Source: an uncultured Gemmatimonadaceae bacterium (GTDB lineage Bacteria > Gemmatimonadota > Gemmatimonadetes > Longimicrobiales > Gaopeijiaceae). Taken from it: a stretch of 64,000 nucleotides of DNA. Numbering within the stretch: position 1 is the stretch's first letter; each line of letters starts with the position of its first letter. The notes under the pieces are model-generated. The model worked only from the letters and a program-made list of their open reading frames with translations. It searched no databases and had not been told where the DNA came from. Location of the stretch: positions 131,678 through 195,677 of the forward strand of contig CAZBHZ010000001.1 of the NCBI GenBank assembly GCA_964492085.1, in the 5' to 3' direction. This document shows positions 57,262 to 64,000 of this stretch, piece after piece. A program made the translations under genes and the position numbers.

Positions 57262-59934
57262 ATGCAGGTATTCGAACTCGCGGATGATCTCAACGTCGGC
57301 GCCGAAGCGCTGATCGGGCTTCTGAGGCACATGGGTATTCCCGTGGCCGATGACGAGGCGACGATCACTGACGGTCAGGTGGCGAAGGTCCTCGCGAAGA
57401 TGGAGCGCGAACGCCGGGCGGGTCGCAAGGATCCGGCCGAGGCGATTCGTGCGGCCATGGAAGATGCTGCGCCGACCACCGGTCGTCGTCGCCGCCGCCG
57501 CCGCGCGGTGGATCCGGAGCCCGAGTCGGAGTCGGAGGAGGACGCCGAGACGGAGGAGGACGTCGAGACGGAGGAGGACGTCGAGACGGTCGCTGAGGTC
57601 GAGGAGGCTGCGGCAGAGGCCGAGTACGACGAGTCCGATCAGGAGACCGAGGAGGACGAGGTCTCCGAGGTGGTGGCCGACGTCGACGGGGAGCGGGAGG
57701 AGAAGGACGCGGAAGAGGTCGAGGACGGCCCGACTGCGGACGTCGAGGAGGCCATCGAAGATGCGCAGGGCGAAGTAGAGCCCGAGCCAGAGCCCGTCGT
57801 GGAAGCGTCTCAGACGGAACCGGCCGAAGAGCGCGTGCAGCTCGAACCTGCGCGTGCGGGTCAGCCGGATGGCCCGGTGCGTACGATCCGCCGGCCTTCA
57901 CCGGCCGCAAGCGCAGGTCCGGGTGGCCAGGTTCGGATTCAGGCCGAGGGATACACGGCCGATGGGCGCCGTCAGAGGAAAGAGCGGGGGAAGAAGGGCG
58001 CCAAGAAGAAGGGTGTCGACCGGGATGCCGTCCAGGACAACATCGCGCGCGTCATGGCCGAGCTTCGGGGAGGTGGCAAGAAGCGCCGTCGGAAGGGACA
58101 GCGCCTCTCCGCCGAGGAGAAGGAAGCTCAGGAACAGGCGCAGGAGGAGAAGAAGGAGCGCGAACGCCGCACGGTTAAGGTCAACGAATTCCTGACGGTC
58201 GCTGAATTGGCCGAGCTGGTCGACGTGTCCGCCTCCGAGATTATCGGCTCGGCGTTCAAGAACCTCGGGCTGATGGTCACGATCAATCAGCGTCTGGACT
58301 TCGACCAGATCGAGTTGCTTCTCGATGAATTCAACTTCACCGCGGTGAAGGAAGAGGAATACGTCGCCGAGGCGGAGGTCGAGGAGGAAGAGGAAGATCC
58401 GGCGACGCTGCAGCCTCGTTCGCCGGTTGTGACAGTGATGGGCCACGTCGACCACGGTAAGACACTCCTGCTCGACAAGATCCGCTCGACGAACGTCGTC
58501 GCCGGTGAGGCCGGCGGGATCACGCAGCACATCGGCGCGTATCACGTGGACCTCGCGGATGGGCGAAGCGTCGCCTTCTTGGACACGCCGGGTCACGCCG
58601 CGTTCACTGCGATGCGCGCGCGTGGTGCAGACGTCACGGACATCACGATTCTGATCGTGGCGGCGGACGACTCCGTCATGCCGCAAACGATCGAGGCGAT
58701 CAGCCACTCACGGAATGCCGGTGTGCCCATGATCGTCGCCATCAACAAGTGCGACCTTCCGGCCGCAGACCCGATGCGGGTCAAGCAGGAGCTCCTGCAG
58801 CACAACGTGAATGTCGAGGATTTCGGTGGCGATGTGCTCGCCCAGGAGATCTCCGCGAAGCAGGGCACCGGCATCGATGAACTCCTCGACAAGGTCCTGC
58901 TCCAGGCGGAAATGCTGGAGCTGAAGGCCAACCCCGACCGGGAGGCGCAGGGGACCGTCATCGAGGCGCAGCTCGACCCCGGGAAGGGGCCGGTCGCGAC
59001 CGTGCTGGTGCAAAAAGGAACATTGCGAGTCGGGGACTCCTTCGTCTGCGGTCTGTACGACGGTCGTGTCCGCTCCATGCTCGACGAGCGTGGTCACCCG
59101 GTCGAGGAGGCCGGCCCGTCCGTGCCCGTACAGGTCCTCGGAGCCGGAGGTGTTCCGCAGGCCGGTGACACGTTCCAGGCCATGTCGGCAGATCAGGCAT
59201 CCGAGATCGCGTCGACGCGCCAGCGTCTCGATCGTGAGAAGCAGCTCCGCGTTCGCGAACGCGGGCTGAAGCTCGGCGACTTCGGCAAGCTCGTTCAGGC
59301 GGGGCAGCTCTCCGAGCTGCCGATCGTCATCAAGGGTGACGTGGACGGTTCCGTTCAGGCACTGTCCGATTCGCTCGAGCAGCTGAGCACGAGTGAGGTG
59401 GCCGTGAACATCGTCCATCGCGGCGTGGGGGCGATCAACGAGTCGGACATCCTGCTGGCGCAGACCGCCGGCGCCGTCATTCTCGGTTTCCGCGTGCGGC
59501 CCCAGACGGCAGCGCGTCAGGCTGCCGAGAGGGACGACGTCGAGATCAACGTCTACGACGTCATCTACGAGGCGGTCGACGACATCACGGCGGCGCTGGA
59601 GGGCATGCTCGCTCCGGAGAAGAAGGAGACCGTCGAGGGCTCGGCCGAAGTGAGGGAGGTCTTCAAGGTCTCCAAGGTCGGCACCATCGCGGGCTGCTAC
59701 GTCTCCGAAGGTCGAATCGACCGAAAGGGGCACGCCCGTCTCATTCGAGACGGTGTGGTCGTCTACGACGGGGAAATTTCTTCGCTCAAGCGCTTCAAGG
59801 ACGACGCGAAGGAAGTGCGCGAGGGCTTCGAGTGCGGAATCGGCATCGCCAACTTCAACGATATCAAGGTCGGCGACGTGATCGAGGCATATTCCGTCGA
59901 AGAGGTCGCACGGACGCTCGCGAGCTCGACCTGA
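57262..59934 (+). CDS. infB: Translation initiation factor IF-2
   Basis: IF2_N segment, a long acidic/basic low-complexity linker, G-domain [25 protein letters not shown], and C-terminal domains. Confidence 0.96.
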   Translation: MQVFELADDLNVGAEALIGLLRHMGIPVADDEATITDGQVAKVLAKMERERRAGRKDPAEAIRAAMEDAAPTTGRRRRRRRAVDPEPESESEEDAETEEDVETEEDVETVAEVEEAAAEAEYDESDQETEEDEVSEVVADVDGEREEKDAEEVEDGPTADVEEAIEDAQGEVEPEPEPVVEASQTEPAEERVQLEPARAGQPDGPVRTIRRPSPAASAGPGGQVRIQAEGYTADGRRQRKERGKKGAKKKGVDRDAVQDNIARVMAELRGGGKKRRRKGQRLSAEEKEAQEQAQEEKKERERRTVKVNEFLTVAELAELVDVSASEIIGSAFKNLGLMVTINQRLDFDQIELLLDEFNFTAVKEEEYVAEAEVEEEEEDPATLQPRSPVVTVMGHVDHGKTLLLDKIRSTNVVAGEAGGITQHIGAYHVDLADGRSVAFLDTPGHAAFTAMRARGADVTDITILIVAADDSVMPQTIEAISHSRNAGVPMIVAINKCDLPAADPMRVKQELLQHNVNVEDFGGDVLAQEISAKQGTGIDELLDKVLLQAEMLELKANPDREAQGTVIEAQLDPGKGPVATVLVQKGTLRVGDSFVCGLYDGRVRSMLDERGHPVEEAGPSVPVQVLGAGGVPQAGDTFQAMSADQASEIASTRQRLDREKQLRVRERGLKLGDFGKLVQAGQLSELPIVIKGDVDGSVQALSDSLEQLSTSEVAVNIVHRGVGAINESDILLAQTAGAVILGFRVRPQTAARQAAERDDVEINVYDVIYEAVDDITAALEGMLAPEKKETVEGSAEVREVFKVSKVGTIAGCYVSEGRIDRKGHARLIRDGVVVYDGEISSLKRFKDDAKEVREGFECGIGIANFNDIKVGDVIEAYSVEEVARTLASST
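57535..57588 (+). repeat. 3 x 18-nt in-frame tandem repeat in infB
   Basis: The units gaggaggacgccgagacg / gaggaggacgtcgagacg / gaggaggacgtcgagacg encode [18 protein letters not shown]. Confidence 0.8.
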
Positions 59935-59973
59935 CGGCCGAGCAGCGCCTGAAGCATCTCGAGGTCGGTCGCC

Positions 59974-60258
59974 GTGGTCGTGGCATCGCAGACGTGGGAG
60001 CTCTCGCTCCCGGGCTGCTCCTCGCTGAAGGAGAAGCGGTCGGTGGTGCGATCGCTCCGCGATCGGCTGGCGTCGCGCTTCAACGTATCCGTCGCGGAGA
60101 CCGGGATGCAGGACGTGCACGCCCGGGCGGAGTTGTCGATCGCCCTCGTAGCGAGCGACGGCCGCATGGCGGAGTCGATACTCGACAAGACCGACCGGCT
60201 GGTGGAGTCGCACGGGGGTGCGGTGATTGTGCGGGTCCGACGCGAGGTCCATTCGTGA
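59974..60258 (+). CDS. DUF503 (YlxP-like) protein
   Basis: L.LPG..SLKEKRSVVRSL.DRL...FNVSVAE.. pattern, in the conserved position between infB and rbfA. Confidence 0.75.
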   Translation: MVVASQTWELSLPGCSSLKEKRSVVRSLRDRLASRFNVSVAETGMQDVHARAELSIALVASDGRMAESILDKTDRLVESHGGAVIVRVRREVHS

Positions 60259-60280
60259 GCGCGCCCGACCGGAGTGACCA

Positions 60281-60688
60281 ATGAGCAAACGCCGGGCCCG
60301 GCTCAACGAACAGTTGCGCCGTGAGTTGTCGGAGCTGATCCGTACTCAGGTCAGGGATCCGCGCGTGGGACTCGTGACGATTACCGGGGTCGACATCGCA
60401 GCGGACCTTGGCTCGGCTCGCGTCTATGTCCGAGTGGTGGGTGGATCGGAGGAAATGCAGCGCAGTCTGGAGGGGCTGGAGGCCGCGGCGTCCTTCCTGC
60501 GGACGGCGCTGGGGCGGATCCTGCATGTGCGGCGGGTGCCGGAACTCCGCTTCCGCGAGGACCGCTCGTACGAAGGCGCGGCCCGAATCGAACACGTCCT
60601 GTCCGAGGTACTTCCCGAACACGAGCCCGAAGACGAGAACGAAGAGGGGACCGAAGACGAGAACGACGGTGGGAGAGCTCCATCGTGA
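60281..60688 (+). CDS. rbfA: 30S ribosome-binding factor RbfA
   Basis: RARLNEQLRRELSELI...V.DPRVG.VTITGV..S.DL..A.VYV, with an acidic C-terminal tail. Confidence 0.92.
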   Translation: MSKRRARLNEQLRRELSELIRTQVRDPRVGLVTITGVDIAADLGSARVYVRVVGGSEEMQRSLEGLEAAASFLRTALGRILHVRRVPELRFREDRSYEGAARIEHVLSEVLPEHEPEDENEEGTEDENDGGRAPS

Positions 60689-61572
60689 AGATCGCCGACG
60701 GCGACTTCCTGCTGCCGGTCGACAAACCGGTCGGGCCCACCTCACATGACGTCGTCGGCATGGCTCGTCGCGCGCTCGGTACGCGGAGGGTAGGGCATAC
60801 CGGTACGCTCGATCCGTTCGCGTCCGGTCTCCTCGTTCTCTGCGTCGGTCGAGCGACACGCCTGGCCGAGTATTTCACCGGTCTGGACAAGCGGTACGAG
60901 GCGGTCGCGAAACTCGGCGCGGAGACTGATACGCTCGACCTTGAGGGTGATGTCGTGTCAGGCGACGACGGGTGGCGGGGCCTGGATCGAGCCACGATCG
61001 AGTCCGTGGCCCAAACGCAGGTTGGGCAACTGGACCAGGTGCCTCCCCAGTTTTCGGCCAAGAGGGTGGACGGGGAGCGAATGCATCGCCGGGCCCGCCG
61101 AGGTGAGGAGATTCACCTGGCTCCGGCGCGGGTCTCCGTGTACGCGCTGACCGTGAGGGACGTGGCGCTCCCGGATGTCCGCTTCTCGGTTCATTGCTCC
61201 ACCGGCACCTATGTCCGGGCGATCGCACGTGACCTGGGCCGCGCGCTCGGTTGCGGGGCTCACCTCACGGCGCTGCGCCGCACGGCGGTGGGGAGCTTTC
61301 ACGTCGACGCAGCGCTTCCCGTGCAGAAGCTGGCCGACGAGGACGCCCTCGCGGGTGCTCGTATCGGACCGTCGGAGGCGCTCGGCCATCTGCCGACGGT
61401 TCCGGTGGACCCTGAGATGGCGGCGCGTATCCGCAATGGTCAGCGGGTGCGCATCGAGGCATCGGGTGGTACCTCCGAGGCCCTCGTGACCGTGACGTGT
61501 GGTACGGACCTCCTGGCGATGGCGGAGATCGACGATGGAGTGTTACGCCCGCGAAAGGTGTTTGCGGCATGA
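60685..61572 (+). CDS. truB: tRNA pseudouridine(55) synthase TruB
   Basis: DKPVGPTSHDVV and GHTGTLDPFASGLLVL (catalytic Asp). GTGA overlap with rbfA. Confidence 0.93.
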   Translation: MKIADGDFLLPVDKPVGPTSHDVVGMARRALGTRRVGHTGTLDPFASGLLVLCVGRATRLAEYFTGLDKRYEAVAKLGAETDTLDLEGDVVSGDDGWRGLDRATIESVAQTQVGQLDQVPPQFSAKRVDGERMHRRARRGEEIHLAPARVSVYALTVRDVALPDVRFSVHCSTGTYVRAIARDLGRALGCGAHLTALRRTAVGSFHVDAALPVQKLADEDALAGARIGPSEALGHLPTVPVDPEMAARIRNGQRVRIEASGGTSEALVTVTCGTDLLAMAEIDDGVLRPRKVFAA

Positions 61573-62510
61573 ATGCCATGCACTGGGCCCATCCTCCGGG
61601 TATTCCGCGAGACCGTGGTACGGTTGCGACGGTAGGCACGTTCGACGGAGTACATCGCGGCCATTGGACGGTGCTGCGCGAGATCCGCGAGCGTGCGGAT
61701 GCGACGGGGCGTCGTAGCGTACTGGTGACCTTCGATCCCCATCCACTGAGGATCGTGCGGCCTGAGCATGCACCGCTGATGCTGACTACGCCCGTCGAGA
61801 AGAAGGAGATTCTCGCGGAAGCTGGTCTGGACTACGCCGTCTTCCTCTCCTTCACCGAAGCGCTGTCGCGCTACGAGCCGCGCCGCTTCGTGGAGGAGAT
61901 TCTGGTGGAACGTCTCCGCGTGGAAGAACTCGTGATCGGGTATGACCACGGGTTCGGGCGTGACCGGGAGGGCGATCCGACGACGCTTCGGGACATCGGT
62001 GATGAACTGGGCTTCACCGTCGACGTCGTGCCCCCGGTCGTGGTTGGGGCCGAGGCCGTCTCGTCGTCGCGTATTCGCAGGATGCTGATGGAGGGCCGGG
62101 TGTCCGGGGTCATCGAGCCGCTGGGTCGCCCGTATTCCATCCGGGGTATCGTCGTTCGCGGGGAAGGGCGGGGACGGGGCCTGGGGTTCCCGACCGCGAA
62201 TCTCGCCATCGGTGAGCGCGACAAGTTGATCCCGCCCGAGGGGATCTACGCGGTTCGAGCGATCCTCAGGAGCGGTACGTACATGGGCGCGCTCCACATG
62301 GGGCCCCGGCCGACCTTCAAGGGCTCGCCGCCGAGCGTGGAACTCCATCTCCTCGATTTCGACCGTGACATCTACGGGGAGGAGATCAGGGTCGACTTCA
62401 TCGAGCGACTTCGTGGCATCGAACCGTTCACGGGGGTCGACGCCCTTGTCGATCAGATCCGGAAGGATGTGGACCGTGCTCGGGAGATCGTGTCTGGATG
62501 GCGCCCGTAG
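61569..62510 (+). CDS. ribF: Bifunctional riboflavin kinase / FMN adenylyltransferase
   Basis: VGTFDGVHRGH, FDPHP, GFGR, and C-terminal kinase motifs GRGLGFPTAN.. and EL.L.DF..D.YG. ATGA overlap with truB. Confidence 0.93.
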   Translation: MNAMHWAHPPGIPRDRGTVATVGTFDGVHRGHWTVLREIRERADATGRRSVLVTFDPHPLRIVRPEHAPLMLTTPVEKKEILAEAGLDYAVFLSFTEALSRYEPRRFVEEILVERLRVEELVIGYDHGFGRDREGDPTTLRDIGDELGFTVDVVPPVVVGAEAVSSSRIRRMLMEGRVSGVIEPLGRPYSIRGIVVRGEGRGRGLGFPTANLAIGERDKLIPPEGIYAVRAILRSGTYMGALHMGPRPTFKGSPPSVELHLLDFDRDIYGEEIRVDFIERLRGIEPFTGVDALVDQIRKDVDRAREIVSGWRP

Positions 62511-62558
62511 ACGCCATTTCTCGCTTTGCCTAGCTTTTTAGGCTGAAACCCGAAAGTC

Positions 62559-62575
62559 CACCCGCACGGCGGGTG
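62559..62575 (+). other. Stem-loop in the ribF-rpsO spacer (rpsO leader)
   Basis: CACCCGC-acg-GCGGGTG: a 7-bp stem 52 nt upstream of the rpsO ATG. Confidence 0.3.
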
Positions 62576-62626
62576 TACAGCTTTCGCTTCCCTTGCAGCA
62601 TCGGACTCCTGAGGAGGCACGCCACC

Positions 62627-62887
62627 ATGGCGATCGTCAAGGAAGACATCATCAAGAAGTATCAGCTCCACGAGTCGGATCGTGGCAGCGCCCCGGTCCA
62701 GATCGCGATCCTGACCGCGCGCATCAACGACCTTCGGTCGCACTTCGATGCGCACAAGAAGGACCACCACTCCCGGCAGGGCCTCCTCAAGATGGTCGGA
62801 CGCCGGCGCAGGCTCCTCGAGTACGTGAAGCGTAGCGACGTGGAGCAGTACCGCGAGCTCATCAAGGATCTCGGACTCCGGCACTAG
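62627..62887 (+). CDS. rpsO: 30S ribosomal protein S15
   Basis: [37 protein letters not shown]...[18 protein letters not shown] lies upstream of the ATG at 62627. Confidence 0.95.
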   Translation: MAIVKEDIIKKYQLHESDRGSAPVQIAILTARINDLRSHFDAHKKDHHSRQGLLKMVGRRRRLLEYVKRSDVEQYRELIKDLGLRH

Positions 62888-63179
62888 TGACTCCTCCGGC
62901 GCCTCGCGCGCCCCGGGGAAACCCCATGCCCGACCGGGCGTGGCGAAGGACCCGACCCCTCCGCGCAGGTGGTGGGAGTCGGCACATCAGCCGAGTGCGT
63001 TCGTGCCTCGGGTGGGAGACGGCCTACAACATGGCTGCTCAGTCGGGCTCGCGGTTCGCGTTTTCGAACGCTCCGTGCCCCCGCGCGGCGGTCGCTCTCT
63101 CCTCCGGATCTCATGCGCGCTTCGGCCCCTTGTTCAGGGGCGGGACGATCCCGTCCACAAACGAAGTGAGTACAACCAC

Positions 63180-64000
63180 ATGATGCAGAGAATGGAGCGC
63201 CAATTCGCAGGGCGCACGCTCTCGCTCGAGATCGGCCGCATGGCCAAGCTCGCGCAGGGTTCGTGCCTCGTGCAGTTCGGCGAGACTGTCGTCCTTTGTG
63301 CCGTCACGGTGCAGGACAACCCCACCCACCTCCCGTTCTTCCCGCTCACGATCGAGTATCGTGAGAAGTCCTACGCGGCGGGAAAGATCCCCGGTGGATT
63401 TTTCAAGCGCGAAGGTCGTCCCGGTGAGAAGGAGATCCTTTCCGCCCGGATGATCGACCGGCCTATCCGGCCGCTCTTCCCCAACGGATTCATGCACGAG
63501 ACACAGGTCGCGTGCTTCATCCTTTCGGCGGATCAGGAAAACGACGCCGATGTGATTGCGCTGCTCGGCGCGTCCGTTGCGCTGAACATGTCCAAGGTCC
63601 CGTTCAACACACCGGTGGCATCGGTGCGTGTGGGTCGGATTCAGGGCAACTGGGTGATCAACCCGACCTTCCAGCAGCTCGAGTACTCGGACGTCGACAT
63701 CGTGGTGTCCGGCTCGGCCGACGCGATCACGATGGTCGAGGGCGGCGCGCTCGAGGTGCCGGAGTCGGAGATTCTGGAAGGACTCACCGTCGCGCATGAC
63801 GCCATCAAGGAGCTCTGCGCGATGCAGGAGGAGTTCCTGGAGGGCCATCGCGTCCCCGACATGGCATGGGCGCCGGCGGAGGTCGACGCCGACCTTCAGG
63901 CGAAGGTCGAAGGCCTTGCGGCTCCCAAGGTCGCGGAGGCACTCGCGATCGGTGACAAGCAGGAGCGCAGCCAGGCGATGGCGACGGTCACGGAAGATGT
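63180..64000 (+). CDS. pnp: Polyribonucleotide nucleotidyltransferase (PNPase), 3' end outside window
   Basis: My own translation of the frame from ATG 63180 gives MMQRMERQFAGRTLSLEIGRMAKLAQGSCLVQFGETVV..FFPLTIEYREKSYAAGKIPGGFFKREGRP..RMIDRPIRPLFP. The ORF runs off the window, so it is absent from the ORF track. Confidence 0.93.
   Translation, partial: MMQRMERQFAGRTLSLEIGRMAKLAQGSCLVQFGETVVLCAVTVQDNPTHLPFFPLTIEYREKSYAAGKIPGGFFKREGRPGEKEILSARMIDRPIRPLFPNGFMHETQVACFILSADQENDADVIALLGASVALNMSKVPFNTPVASVRVGRIQGNWVINPTFQQLEYSDVDIVVSGSADAITMVEGGALEVPESEILEGLTVAHDAIKELCAMQEEFLEGHRVPDMAWAPAEVDADLQAKVEGLAAPKVAEALAIGDKQERSQAMATVTED

Noticed and set aside
57480-57800. Repetitive acidic-coding DNA in infB, considered as a CRISPR-like or other non-coding repeat array.
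   Set aside because: The repeats are in-frame codon repeats within a continuous, well-supported IF-2 ORF. There is no repeat-spacer organisation.
62887-63183. 98-aa ORF filling the rpsO-pnp spacer.
   Set aside because: The sequence is Arg/Pro/Ala-rich with no motifs or credible ribosome-binding site. Its position corresponds to the well-known non-coding rpsO-pnp leader region.
1-64000. Search for tRNA, rRNA, tmRNA, RNase P RNA, CRISPR arrays, IS elements, toxin-antitoxin pairs or defence-system genes.
   Set aside because: No intergenic region is long enough or shows cloverleaf-like or repeat-spacer structure. No ORF shows transposase, integrase, nuclease-helicase defence or TA hallmarks by eye. 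This is a negative visual result, not a computational scan.

Overview
GC-rich bacterial chromosomal segment (roughly two-thirds G+C by eye, not computed). It holds about 62 tightly packed protein-coding genes, many joined by 4-nt ATGA/GTGA start-stop overlaps. The ORF track appears to count GTG/TTG as starts, so I trimmed several ORFs to internal starts that fit the family N-termini.

Content is overwhelmingly housekeeping:
- dnaJ (5' partial), and an mnmA plus cysteine desulfurase pair.
- A TolC / MacA-like adaptor / two FtsX-type permease efflux operon with a BshB-like deacetylase.
- A very large NtrY-like histidine kinase, a PLP-dependent aromatic amino-acid decarboxylase, and pntAB.
- comM, eamA, mscS, thpR, a sigma-54-dependent response regulator, a matrixin-type metalloprotease, lepB, and a short sigma-70-family factor.
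- A long run of translation and envelope genes: rplM-rpsI, rpsB-tsf-pyrH-frr-uppS-cdsA-dxr-rseP, serS, uvrD/pcrA, gatCAB, murA, rimP-nusA-ylxQ-infB-DUF503-rbfA-truB-ribF, rpsO, and pnp (3' partial).

I recognised no rRNA, tRNA, CRISPR array, transposase, integrase or phage gene, and no obvious compositional island. Lineage is an inference only: a Bacteroidetes-style short primary-type sigma, a BshB-like gene and a TIGR03991-like sugar nucleotidyltransferase suggest an FCB-group or Gemmatimonadota-like organism.

I did not find a convincing new multi-gene system, and this reads as an ordinary core region. The items most worth a second look are:
1. A promoter-like box plus the only canonical intrinsic terminator in the window, inside the rimP-nusA-infB leader.
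2. A sigma-54-type -24/-12 box in front of a translationally coupled sensor-like protein and decarboxylase pair, directly behind the giant kinase.
3. Bacteroidetes-type TAnnTTTG promoter-like motifs together with the short sigma factor.
4. An efflux operon with no ATPase gene.
5. A response-regulator-led sugar-nucleotide operon with an unusual 71-nt gene overlap.

All functional calls rest on motif and family recognition by eye. No database search was run.
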